In this document: in pieces, positions 17,015 through 31,505 of the stretch
Layout of the letters: each line of letters opens with the position of its first letter
Position numbering within the stretch: position 1 is the stretch's first letter
Position numbers and translations under genes: made by a program
The notes under the pieces: generated by a model
The model's input: only the letters and a program-made list of their open reading frames with translations
Database searches by the model: none
Told to the model about the DNA's origin: nothing
NCBI GenBank assembly: GCA_012295275.1
Contig: CM022678.1
Coordinates: 14,818,001 to 14,882,000 of the forward strand
Source: Chrysomallon squamiferum
Lineage: Eukaryota > Animalia > Mollusca
Direction: 5' to 3'
Length of the DNA: 64,000 nt

Positions 17015-17578
17015 GGAATTGTTTATTTGTATTTAGGGAAAAATACCTCATTATTTACTAGGTGGATCAGAATTATTGACCATATCAACTAGAAAACTGG
17101 AACAAGACATTTCAGAATACATTACAGTGATCTGAAGAAACAAATTTGAAAATTTCATATGTTATAATATTGTGCTAGTATTCTACATAGTTTTTCTCTA
17201 ATCACGTGTAGTAACTAACAAATAGAAATTAATGCATATCTTGTCAAGTAATGTGTGATTTGAATGAGTCCCAATATGGAATTATCACCAAGTTCTTCTT
17301 CAGTTTCTGTTTCGCTAGAATGGATAAATTTCTAGAATGGAAACATTTTCGAACAGATCTGTTTATAATATTATTTAAGTTTTAAAACTATATTCTCTGG
17401 CAGCAGATGAACGATTTCACAAAAGGATGTCATTATTTTCAAAGTGATTGAGCTTCAGTGTAAACTTCACTGGATGTAAACAGGACACTGAAAACTACAA
17501 GGTATGATGTTTCTTTACTATTGATCTGCACACCATAATGACCCTGCTAACAGCGTCAAGAAATGAAAATAAAATACA

Positions 17579-17583
<5 letters not shown>

Positions 17584-17666
<83 letters not shown>
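17584..17666. repeat. (TA)n microsatellite, length differs between tandem units
   Basis: Direct reading; shorter versions at about 24527-24588 and 31472-31511. Confidence 0.97.
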
Positions 17667-17669
<3 letters not shown>

Positions 17670-18670
17670 GCTGTCTTGTAAAAAAAAAAGAATTTCCATT
17701 AAAGAATAGGAAATTAAAGAAAGAAGAATATCCGGTAGTATCGTGATAACTACTATAACTATTATAATAGATAATTTTTACCTTTATTTATTTATTTTCA
17801 AACTTTGTATATTTTTTGTTGCCTTACCATTTCTACAACAGCAACAACTGCTATTACTAGTACTGTTTCTATTACTGCTTCCTATTGCTACTACTACTAC
17901 TATTTCCTACATTACTACTACCACCACTTGAACTATACTTTACCACCATTTCGATTGCTAAGTCCGCTATGACTACTACTAAAAATGACACTGACCAATA
18001 TAAGGGAGACAATAAGTGGTAATAAGATATAACATGATATAACAATATTCAGCTTAGCTATTCTTTCTACTGTTAAGTCGACTCTGACCACTACTAGAAA
18101 ATCACACTAATGTAGGGAGAAAATAAGTAGATGTAAACAGGACATTGAAAACTACAAGGTATGATGTTTCTTTACTATTGATCTGCACACCATAATGACC
18201 CTGCTAACAGCGTCAAAAAATGAAAATAAAATACAAATAATATATATATATATATATAATGCTGTCTTGCAAAGAAAAATAATTTCCATTAAAGAATAGG
18301 AAATTAAAGAAAGAAGAATATCCGGTAGTATCGTGATAACTACAATTGCTCCAGTGTTTCGCCCAAAAAGGCCGGTAGATTCTGAATACTGAGAATGTTT
18401 GTAGCTGTATATATCTGTAAGAATTATATTTTAATAAAACATTAGAATATATATTTTTCGTTTTTAATAACCTATCATATATTTGAAGTTACTATAACGA
18501 TCTCTTAGTATAAGAAATACTACTTTCGGAAGCAATTGACAAATTGTCAAAAATTGAAACATTTACCAGTGTTTTCCACTAACGTTCCTGATTTTCCGAG
18601 TTTAAAGAGCAGCGGATTTGCCGTTTTTGTCCTTAATGAATTAAATTATTTAATTTTTTTTTTATTTCAG

Positions 18671-18794
18671 ACTATGATCATGTCAATCTCACTTACAGGT
18701 ATACCTTTCCATAGGTTTCAGTATTGATAATAACAAACAGTGAAACTGTTCAATTAAAATAATAATCAATAATTAATACTAATACTAATACTAC

Positions 18795-18837
<43 letters not shown>

Positions 18838-20179
18838 ATAGTAAATACTAGTATTGTAACCTGTATATTTTCCTTCCTTTTTTTATTGTCTTTGGATTAA
18901 TCATTGTTGGGGTTATAATTTCATAGTAATAATTGTGATAGTTATTTTTTTTGTTTTAGTGGGTTCTATAATTTCAAATATAATTATTATATTAATGTTA
19001 TGTGTGTGAACATTTTAGAAATATTACTTTCTTACACACACAAACACACACACACATATGTGTGTATATATATATATATATATTTAAAACATTAGCAAAA
19101 AATCTTTCCACGACAATTAAGAAGGTAATATTCTAAAATGTTCACACACACACACACACACACACACGTATGTGTATGTGAACATTTTACAACTATTACT
19201 TTCTTAATTGTATTGGAAAGATTTTTGCTAATGTTTTAAATAACAGATTAGAGCTGAATCAAATGATATATTATTTCAAAATCAAGAAAGATTTAAGAAA
19301 GGTTATTAACATAATGAACATGTTTCCACATTATATTGATTTTAGAACATAAACTTTATGCTTTGTACATAGACAAGATATATATATATAATAATTGAAA
19401 TCTGAATTAAGTATTTATCAGTTTATAGCAGTAATAATAGACCATCATGGAATACACATTTGTTTGGCTTTCATAACAAGAATTATTTCTAAGAGAAAAA
19501 TTTGGCTGCTGGAATGTATAAAACTAACACAAAATGGTTTGGAAACAAAATTATCACGATTATAATAATAAATCTCCAAATTCTAACTCTGCTTTCCTTG
19601 GGTTTTTTATTTTATATATTGAATTGCTGCTACTAATAATGGAGTTTTCATTTGTTTCAGTTTAATTTTTATGCTTATATAAAAAGTTTGTTTTCATCAC
19701 TGTGAGGTTATATTATTAAAATATTTAATCAATAACAATTGATAAACCACTTGTATTAGTGAGATCAAAGATTTTTGTTACTTATGTTGGTAAATGTTTT
19801 TTAAAAGAAATGCATATATTTTCATCCGAATATTGTTACACACACATACACACACACAGACAGACACAAACAGAATTTCAGATAGCCTCAAATATATAGG
19901 TTTTTCTTATATCTGATATGAGAAAAAATATATAAAATATAACAGAAACAAAAATTGTATTCACTGATTACTGTAAATTGTCGTTAATTTTTCTTATATA
20001 CAATTATTTAGAGAATGGTTTGTATAAAATCTTTGAACAATTTTGTTATTTTCAGAGTTGTCATCGACCTCAGAGACATTCAAGGCATGGATGTTGATCC
20101 TGTCGATGACAGAGATATTGAACCCATGGATGTTGATCCCGTCGATGACAGAGATATTGAACCGATGCAGATTGATTAA
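18671..20179 (+). CDS. Candidate orphan gene in tandem unit 1: 28-nt micro-exon plus terminal exon encoding an acidic repeat peptide
   Basis: Micro-exon 18671-18698 (tttatttcag / gtatac). Exon-like segment from 20056 (ttattttcag acceptor) encodes VVIDLRDIQGMDVDPVDDRDIEPMDVDPVDDRDIEPMQID* via 39-bp repeats; several unit differences are synonymous in this frame (GAC/GAT, CCT/CCC, CCC/CCG). AATAAA at 20226-20231. Exon connectivity is unproven. Confidence 0.45.
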
Positions 20180-20215
20180 TTCGATGACAGAGATATTCAA
20201 CCCATGGATACATAA
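20066..20215 (+). repeat. 39-bp tandem repeat, ~3.8 units (also 27008-27157)
   Basis: Unit GATGACAGAGATATTGAACCCATGGATGTTGATCCCGTC with diverged first and last copies. Confidence 0.9.
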
Positions 20216-20736
20216 TAAGGTTGTAAATAAAACGTGTTGACAGACTACTTTCATTTCACAAATAGTCTCGTCGTTTATATTAGAGATAGCTATTCTAGCA
20301 ACTAGAATAAATGAAATAATTATAAGTAACCAAATATTTTCTTTCTTCTTGAATAGGTCAATTTCTTTGGTTCTCCGGATAGGTCATATCCAGAGTGGAC
20401 ACAGGATTCCACGGGATACACCATCTTCCCGTGTGTGAGTGATGGAAGAAGTGCATCTTGGCGGCTGACACGAACCAGATCAAACCATGATTTGTCCAAA
20501 AAAAACTGATGAACACAAAATTGATAAAACTATTAAAACATGAAGACATTTACTAACCATAATAAACATGTAAAATAGGCACATATCAAAAGTGTTAATA
20601 ACTTATATTCATAACAGAATTGTTGTTTGTTCGGCTATGCAGTATCCCCTAGAGTACCACACCCAGAATATTTAGCGCCCTGGGCATGTCTATGTTATTT
20701 TATTTTATTTTATATTTATTTATTTATTAATTTATT

Positions 20737-20872
<136 letters not shown>

Positions 20873-21740
20873 TACTTCGATTTTAATAATAATAATAAAC
20901 CAATAAATAATAAAAATAAAATAGAAAATGAAAAGATAGACTTACTTTAAAGGAATACCTTTGATTACTCATTATAATAACATTTTTCTTTCAACAATTC
21001 TGTGCTTTAAATTAAAATGGAATTGTTCGTTTTTATTATAATAAATATTTTTTACCTTTATTTATTTATTTTCAAACTTTGTATATTTTTTGTTGCCTTA
21101 CCATTTCTACAACAGCAACTACTGCGATTACTAGTACTGTTTCTATTACTGTTTCCTATTGCTACTACTACTACCTACTATTTCCTAAATTACTACTACC
21201 ATCACTTGAACTATACTCTACTACCATTTCCATTGCTAAGTCCGCTATGACTACTAAAAAATGACACTGACCAATATAAGGGAGACAAATAAGTGGTAAT
21301 AAGATATAACATGATATAACAATATTTAACTAGTTTGCCTTTTTAGATGATTTTATTATCTATTAAATATTAGTTTCCTTTCATTGGGCAGATGGATTTT
21401 TCTAAGTACTTGTGACCTTAATAATATAAAGAACAGTAATATATGAAGCTTTATACTTGAGGTAATCGTATTAACGTAATATAGTAAATAAAATGGAATT
21501 AATCGTTTTTATTATATTATAATTTTTAACATTTGTTTATTTATTTTATTTTCAAACTTTATATATTTTTTCCCGAAGAAAGTAAGTTTACATTTTAAAA
21601 ACATAGTATCAGATATATTAAGAGAAAATGACATAAAAATATATAAATCAAAATAAATTCGAATTAATACATTTATTTATTTATTTTTGAAACTTTACAT
21701 ATTTTTTTATTCTTACTATTTCTACAATAACAATGATTAC

Positions 21741-21784
<44 letters not shown>

Positions 21785-23920
21785 TAGTAGTTGTATTTAC
21801 TTCGATGTTAATGGTTATAATAGCAAATAACTAATAAAGAAAATAGAAAATGACAAGATAGACTTACTTTAAATGAATAACTTTTACTACTCATGACATA
21901 AACATTTTTCTTTGTCCTTTAATTTAAAATCGAATAATTTGTATTTATTATATTATAATTTTTAAACTTTGCTTATTTACTTTTCAAACTTATATATTTT
22001 TTTATTTACATCGTGACAGAAAATATGTATAAAAATTTAAATAAATTTTAATTAACATATTTGTTTATTTATTTTTGAAACTAGATTTTTCTAAGTACTA
22101 GCGAGCATAATAATATAAAGAACAGTAAAATATGAAATTTGTAGTTGTTGTAATGGCGATAATATCAGTAATATGCAGCAGAAGTAGTTGTAAAGAACAT
22201 GTTTATATAATTTTCATAAAGTAATCAAGAGATAAAAGTACTAAGGTGAACTCAAAATGAAAATAGAAGTTAATATGTCATCGAAAACCTAATTATATAT
22301 AATAGAAATAATAATCAAATACTCAGTGCATACGTGGATTAACCATTAAGTGAAATAAACAGATTGCTTAGGTACCAAGAGAGTAGGGAATGATGTGTTC
22401 CCCCACCCTACCCTAGCTATATGGTATTAATTCTTTCGCTGTGACATTATTAATTGATTAATTATTTCATTTCATTATTATTATTTTTATATCTATAATG
22501 TTTTTCCATGATTTTAATAATAATAACTAATTCCTAAAGAAAATAGAATATAAAATTAAAAGATTGACTTACCTTAAATGAATCACTTTTCTTTTAACTA
22601 AGAAAACATTTATTTTCTAACTATCAGGTATAAACATTTTCTTTCAAATATTTTGTTTCAAATTAAAATAGAATTATTCCATCTTTTATTGTAGAAAGAA
22701 CTCCTCACGAGCTTTTTAAACTGACAAACATGCTGGCTTTTGCAGTTTCCATTTTTGGAATTTCTACACTTCGTGAAGAAAGTAAATTTATATTTTGAAA
22801 AATGCTAACAGATACATTCAGGAAAAATTGTATCTGGACGGAAAATATATATAAGTAAAATAAATTCTAATTAGTACCTTTGTTTATTTATTCATTTTTG
22901 AAATTTTATAGATCTTTTATTGGCTTACTATTTCTAGAACTACTACTATGTCTATTACTTCTTCCTACTCCTATTGCTGCAATCTCTTCAGCTTAGCTAT
23001 TCTTTCTACTGTTAAGTCGACTCTGACCACTACTAGAAAATCACACTAATGTAGGGAGAAAATAAGTAGAAGCTGCTCTTATAGGATATAACACTATTTA
23101 ACTAGTTGGCCTTTTTATATAATTAAATAAGAAAAATAAATAAATGAAATTAAATGAATTCTTTTTTCTTACTCTCAGAAAATTTATTTTATAAATATCA
23201 GGTTTGAAACTCATGATACGAACATTTTTCTTTCAAAGATTTGTGTTTTAATTAAAATGGAATTATTCGTTTTCTATTGTAGAAGGCTGCTCTAGTGAGC
23301 CTTTCATTCTGATAATGATGCTTGTTGTTGCAGTTTCTATTTTTGGAATTCTTACAGTTCACGAAGAAAGTAAGTTTACATTTTGAAAACAATCACAGGT
23401 ATATTAAGGGGAAAATTATATCTAGACGGAAAATATATATAAATAAAAATAAATTCTAATAGTACCTTTGTTTATTTATTTATTATTGAAACTTAATACA
23501 TTTTGTTTATTGGCTTATTATTTTTAGAACAACAAAATCTACTACTACTGTATCTACTACTTCAATCTGTTCAATTAAGTTACTTCGTCTTAGCTACTCT
23601 TTCTACTGTTAAGTCCACTATGACCACTACTAGAAAATGACACTGCCCAATATATGGGAGGACAGAAGTAGTAGCAGCTCTTATAGGATATAACAATAAT
23701 TAACTGGAAGGCCTTTATAGATGATTTGATTGTCTGAGCCACTGAACACTATATTCCTAAGAAACTAAGAAACAAAGTAGCTAAGAAAAATTAATACGTT
23801 TGGGTCGGAATATCGAATTATTACCAACTTTTTCTTCTGTTTCAGCTTGTCAAAAACATGAAGTTCACATTACAGTCTTAGAGAGAAAATGGAGGAGAAC
23901 TACCAGTAAGAAAAATCCAG

Positions 23921-23953
<33 letters not shown>

Positions 23954-24522
23954 GGAATTGTTTATTTGTATTTAGGGAAAAATACCTCATTATTTACTAG
24001 GTGGATCAGAATTATTGACCATATCAACTAGAAAACTGGAACAAGACATTTCAGAATACATTACAGTGATCTGAAGAAACAAATTTGAAAATTTCATATG
24101 TTATAATATCGTGCTAGTATTCTACATAGTTTTTCTCTAATCACGTGTAGTAACTAACAAATAGAAATTAATGCATATCTTGTCAAGTAATGTGTGATTT
24201 GAATGAGTCCCAATATGGAATTATCACCAAGTTCTTCTTCAGTTTCTGTTTCGCTAGAATGGATAAATTTCTAGAATGGAAACATTTTCGAACAGATCTG
24301 TTTATAATATTATTTAAGTTTTAAAACTATATTCTCTGGCAGCAGATGAACGATTTCACAAAAGGATGTCATTATTTTCAAAGTGATTGAGCTTCAGTGT
24401 AAACTTCACTGGATGTAAACAGGACACTGAAAACTACAAGGTATGATGTTTCTTTACTATTGATCTGCACACCATAATGACCCTGCTAACAGCGTCAAGA
24501 AATGAAATGAAAATAAAATAAA

Positions 24523-24589
<67 letters not shown>

Positions 24590-25589
24590 ATGCTGTCTTG
24601 CAAAGAAAAAGAATTTCCATTAAAGAATAGGAAATTAAAGAAAGAAGAATATCCGGTAGTATCGTGATAACTACTATAACTATTATAATAGATAATTTTT
24701 ACCTTTATTTATTTATTTTCAAACTTTGTATATTTTTTGTTGCCTTACCATTTCTACAACAGCAACAACTGCTATTACTAGTACTGTTTCTATTACTGCT
24801 TCCTATTGCTACTACTACTACTATTTCCTACATTACTACTACCACCACTTGAACTATACTTTACCACCATTTCGATTGCTAAGTCCGCTATGACTACTAC
24901 TAAAAAATGACACTGACCAATATAAGGGAGACAATAAGTGGTAATAAGATATAACATGATATAACAATATTCAGCTTAGCTATTCTTTCTACTGTTAAGT
25001 CGACTCTGACCACTACTAGAAAATCACACTAATGTAGGGAGAAAATAAGTAGATGTAAACAGGACATTGAAAACTACAAGGTATGATGTTTCTTTACTAT
25101 TGATCTGCACACCATAATGACCCTGCTAACAGCGTCAAAAAATGAAAATAAAATACAAATAATATATATATATATATATAATGCTGTCTTGCAAAGAAAA
25201 ATAATTTCCATTAAAGAATAGGAAATTAAAGAAAGAAGAATATCCGGTAGTATCGTGATAACTACAATTGCTCCAGTGTTTCGCCCAAAAGGCCGGTAGA
25301 TTCTGAATACTGAGAATGTTTGTAGCTGTATATATCTGTAAGAATTATATTTTAATAAAACATTAGAATATATATTTTTCGTTTTTAATAACCTATCATA
25401 TATTTGAAGTTACTATAACGATCTCTTAGTATAAGAAATACTACTTTCGGAAGCAATTGACAAATTGTCAAAAATTGAAACATTTACCAGTGTTTTCCAC
25501 TAACGTTCCTGATTTTCCGAGTTTAAAGAGCAGCGGATTTGCCGTTTTTGTCCTTAATGAATTAAATTATTTAATTTTTTTTATTTCAG

Positions 25590-25713
25590 ACTATGATCAT
25601 GTCAATCTCACTTACAGGTATACCTTTCCATAGGTTTCAGTATTGATAATAACAAACAGTGAAACTGTTCAATTAAAATAATAATCAATAATTAATACTA
25701 ATACTAATACTAC

Positions 25714-25756
<43 letters not shown>

Positions 25757-26059
25757 ATAGTAAATACTAGTATTGTAACCTGTATATTTTCCTTCCTTTT
25801 TTTATTGTCTTTGGATTAATCATTGTTGGGGTTATAATTTCATAGTAATAATTGTGATAGTTATTTTTTTTGTTTTAGTGGGTTCTATAATTTCAAATAT
25901 AATTATTATATTAATGTTATGTGTGTGAACATTTTAGAAATATTACTTTCTTACACACACAAACACACACACACATATGTGTGTATATATATATATATAT
26001 ATTTAAAACATTAGCAAAAAATCTTTCCACGACAATTAAGAAGGTAATATTCTAAAATG

Positions 26060-26108
<49 letters not shown>

Positions 26109-27121
26109 ATGTGTATGTGAACATTTTACAACTATTACTTTCTTAATTGTATTGGAAAGATTTTTGCTAATGTTTTAAATAACAGATTAGAGCTGAATCA
26201 AATGATATATTATTTCAAAATCAAGAAAGATTTAAGAAAGGTTATTAACATAATGAACATGTTTCCACATTATATTGATTTTAGAACATAAACTTTATGC
26301 TTTGTACATAGACAAGATATATATATATAATAATTGAAATCTGAATTAAGTATTTATCAGTTTATAGCAGTAATAATAGACCATCATGGAATACACATTT
26401 GTTTGGCTTTCATAACAAGAATTATTTCTAAGAGAAAAATTTGGCTGCTGGAATGTATAAAACTAACACAAAATGGTTTGGAAACAAAATTATCACGATT
26501 ATAATAATAAATCTCCAAATTCTAACTCTGCTTTCCTTGGGTTTTTTATTTTATATATTGAATTGCTGCTACTAATAATGGAGTTTTCATTTGTTTCAGT
26601 TTAATTTTTATGCTTATATAAAAAGTTTGTTTTCATCACTGTGAGGTTATATTATTAAAATATTTAATCAATAACAATTGATAAACCACTTGTATTAGTG
26701 AGATCAAAGATTTTTGTTACTTATGTTGGTAAATGTTTTTTAAAAGAAATGCATATATTTTCATCCGAATATTGTTACACACACATACACACACACAGAC
26801 AGACACAAACAGAATTTCAGATAGCCTCAAATATATAGGTTTTTCTTATATCTGATATGAGAAAAAAAAATATATAAAATATAACAGAAACAAAAATTGT
26901 ATTCACTGATTACTGTAAATTGTCGTTAATTTTTCTTATATACAATTATTTAGAGAATGGTTTGTATAAAATCTTTGAACAATTTTGTTATTTTCAGAGT
27001 TGTCATCGACCTCAGAGACATTCAAGGCATGGATGTTGATCCTGTCGATGACAGAGATATTGAACCCATGGATGTTGATCCCGTCGATGACAGAGATATT
27101 GAACCGATGCAGATTGATTAA
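25590..27121 (+). CDS. Candidate orphan gene in tandem unit 2 (same micro-exon and acidic repeat exon)
   Basis: Micro-exon 25590-25617 and exon 26998-27121 are identical to unit 1. The third unit keeps only the micro-exon (32512-32539). Confidence 0.45.
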
Positions 27122-27675
27122 TTCGATGACAGAGATATTCAACCCATGGATACATAATAAGGTTGTAAATAAAACGTGTTGACAGACTACTTTCATTTCA
27201 CAAATAGTCTCGTCGTTTATATTAGAGATAGCTATTCTAGCAACTAGAATAAATGAAATAATTATAAGTAACCAAATATTTTCTTTCTTCTTGAATAGGT
27301 CAATTTCTTTGGTTCTCCGGATAGGTCATATCCAGAGTGGACACAGGATTCCACGGGATACACCATCTTCCCGTGTGTGAGTGATGGAAGAAGTGCATCT
27401 TGGCGGCTGACACGAACCAGATCAAACCATGATTTGTCCAAAAAAAACTGATGAACACAAAATTGATAAAACTATTAAAACATGAAGACATTTACTAACC
27501 ATAATAAACATGTAAAATAGGCACATATCAAAAGTGTTAATAACTTATATTCATAACAGAATTGTTGTTTGTTCGGCTATGCAGTATCCCCTAGAGTACC
27601 ACACCCAGAATATTTAGCGCCCTGGGCATGTCTATGTTATTTTATTTTTATTTTTATTTATTTATTTATTTATTA

Positions 27676-27820
<145 letters not shown>

Positions 27821-28690
27821 TACTTCGATTTTAATAATAATAATAAACCAATAAATAATAAAAATAAAATAGAAAATGAAAAGATAGACTTACTTTAAAG
27901 GAATACCTTTGATTACTCATTATAATAACATTTTTCTTTCAACAATTCTGTGCTTTAAATTAAAATGGAATTGTTCGTTTTTATTATAATAAATATTTTT
28001 TACCTTTATTTATTTATTTTCAAACTTTGTATATTTTTTGTTGCCTTACCATTTCTACAACAGCAACTACTGCGATTACTAGTACTGTTTCTATTACTGT
28101 TTCCTATTGCTACTACTACTACCTACTATTTCCTAAATTACTACTACCATCACTTGAACTATACTCTACTACCATTTCGATTGCTAAGTCCGCTATGACT
28201 ACTACTAAAAAATGACACTGACCAATATAAGGGAGACAATAAGTGGTAATAAGATATAACATGATATAACAATATTTAACTAGTTTGCCTTTTTAGATGA
28301 TTTTATTATCTATTAAATATTAGTTTCCTTTCATTGGGCAGATGGATTTTTCTAAGTACTTGTGACCTTAATAATATAAAGAACAGTAATATATGAAGCT
28401 TTATACTTGAGGTAATCGTATTAACGTAATATAGTAAATAAAATGGAATTAATCGTTTTTATTATATTATAATTTTTAACATTTGTTTATTTATTTTATT
28501 TTCAAACTTTATATATTTTTTCCCGAAGAAAGTAAGTTTACATTTTAAAAACATAGTATCAGATATATTAAGAGAAAATGACATAAAAATATATAAATCA
28601 AAATAAATTCGAATTAATACATTTATTTATTTATTTTTGAAACTTTACATATTTTTTTATTCTTACTATTTCTACAATAACAATGATTAC

Positions 28691-28740
<50 letters not shown>

Positions 28741-31466
28741 TAGTAGTTGTATTTACTTCGATGTTAATGGTTATAATAGCAAATAACTAATAAAGAAAAT
28801 AGAAAATGACAAGATAGACTTACTTTAAATGAATAACTTTTACTACTCATGACATAAACATTTTTCTTTGTCCTTTAATTTAAAATCGAATAATTTGTAT
28901 TTATTATATTATAATTTTTAAACTTTGCTTATTTACTTTTCAAACTTTATATATTTTTTTATTTACATCGTGACAGAAAATATGTATAAAAATTTAAATA
29001 AATTTTAATTAACATATTTGTTTATTTATTTTTGAAACTAGATTTTTCTAAGTACTAGCGAGCATAATAATATAAAGAACAGTAAAATATGAAATTTGTA
29101 GTTGTTGTAATGGCGATAATATCAGTAATATGCAGCAGAAGTAGTTGTAAAGAACATGTTTATATAATTTTCATAAAGTAATCAAGAGATAAAAGTACTA
29201 AGGTGAACTCAAAATGAAAATAGAAGTTAATATGTCATCGAAAACCTAATTATATATAATAGAAATAATAATCAAATACTCAGTGCATACGTGGATTAAC
29301 CATTAAGTGAAATAAACAGATTGCTTAGGTACCAAGAGAGTAGGGAATGATGTGTTCCCCCACCCTACCCTAGCTATATGGTATTAATTCTTTCGCTGTG
29401 ACATTATTAATTGATTAATTATTTCATTTCATTATTATTATTTTTATATCTATAATGTTTTTCCATGATTTTAATAATAATAACTAATTCCTAAAAAGAA
29501 AATAGAATATAAAATTAAAAGATTGACTTACCTTAAATGAATCACTTTTCTTTTAACTAAGAAAACATTTATTTTCTAACTATCAGGTATAAACATTTTC
29601 TTTCAAATATTTTGTTTCAAATTAAAATAGAATTATTCCATCTTTTATTGTAGAAAGAACTCCTCACGAGCTTTTTAAACTGACAAACATGCTGGCTTTT
29701 GCAGTTTCCATTTTTGGAATTTCTACACTTCGTGAAGAAAGTAAATTTATATTTTGAAAAATGCTAACAGATACATTCAGGAAAAATTGTATCTGGACGG
29801 AAAATATATATAAGTAAAATAAATTCTAATTAGTACCTTTGTTTATTTATTCATTTTTGAAATTTTATAGATCTTTTATTGGCTTACTATTTCTAGAACT
29901 ACTACTATGTCTATTACTTCTTCCTACTCCTATTGCTGCAATCTCTTCAGCTTAGCTATTCTTTCTACTGTTAAGTCGACTCTGACCACTACTAGAAAAT
30001 CACACTAATGTAGGGAGAAAATAAGTAGAAGCTGCTCTTATAGGATATAACACTATTTAACTAGTTGGCCTTTTTATATAATTAAATAAGAAAAATAAAT
30101 AAATGAAATTAAATGAATTTCTTTTTCTTACTCTCAGAAAATTTATTTTATAAATATCAGGTTTGAAACTCATGATACGAACATTTTTCTTTCAAAGATT
30201 TGTGTTTTAATTAAAATGGAATTATTCGTTTTCTATTGTAGAAGGCTGCTCTAGTGAGCCTTTCATTCTGATAATGATGCTTGTTGTTGCAGTTTCTATT
30301 TTTGGAATTCTTACAGTTCACGAAGAAAGTAAGTTTACATTTTGAAAACAATCACAGGTATATTAAGGGGAAAATTATATCTAGACGGAAAATATATATA
30401 AATAAAAATAAATTCTAATAGTACCTTTGTTTATTTATTTATTATTGAAACTTAATACATTTTGTTTATTGGCTTATTATTTTTAGAACAACAAAATCTA
30501 CTACTACTGTATCTACTACTTCAATCTGTTCAATTAAGTTACTTCGTCTTAGCTACTCTTTCTACTGTTAAGTCCACTATGACCACTACTAGAAAATGAC
30601 ACTGCCCAATATATGGGAGGACAGAAGTAGTAGCAGCTCTTATAGGATATAACAATAATTAACTGGAAGGCCTTTATAGATGATTTGATTGTCTGAGCCA
30701 CTGAACACTATATTCCTAAGAAACTAAGAAACAAAGTAGCTAAGAAAAATTAATACGTTTGGGTCGGAATATCGAATTATTACCAACTTTTTCTTCTGTT
30801 TCAGCTTGTCAAAAACATGAAGTTCACATTACAGTCTTAGAGAGAAAATGGAGGAGAACTACCAGTAAGAAAAATCCAGAAAAAAAAAAAAAAAAAAAAA
30901 ATTGGGAATTGTTTATTTGTATTTAGGGAAAAATACCTCATTATTTACTAGGTGGATCAGAATTATTGACCATATCAACTAGAAAACTGGAACAAGACAT
31001 TTCAGAATACATTACAGTGATCTGAAGAAACAAATTTGAAAATTTCATATGTTATAATATCGTGCTAGTATTCTACATAGTTTTTCTCTAATCACGTGTA
31101 GTAACTAACAAATAGAAATTAATGCATATCTTGTCAAGTAATGTGTGATTTGAATGAGTCCCAATATGGAATTATCACCAAGTTCTTCTTCAGTTTCTGT
31201 TTCGCTAGAATGGATAAATTTCTAGAATGGAAACATTTTTTCGAACAGATCTGTTTATAATATTATTTAAGTTTTAAAACTATATTCTCTGGCAGCAGAT
31301 GAACGATTTCACAAAAGGATGTCATTATTTTCAAAGTGATTGAGCTTCAGTGTAAACTTCACTGGATGTAAACAGGACACTGAAAACTACAAGGTATGAT
31401 GTTTCTTTACTATTGATCTGCACACCATAATGACCCTGCTAACAGCGTCAAAGAAATGAAAATAAA

Positions 31467-31505
<39 letters not shown>

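Noticed and set aside
20066-20215. 39-bp and 111-bp periodic repeats as a CRISPR-like array
   Set aside because: Head-to-tail tandem units with no unique spacers, no cas genes, and a spliceosomal eukaryotic context.
19994-20254. ORF-track proteins 19994-20254 (-) and 20043-20240 (+)
   Set aside because: Alternative frames of the 39-bp repeat; repeat-unit differences favour the acidic third frame. The + frame is not fully excluded if splicing is phase 1.
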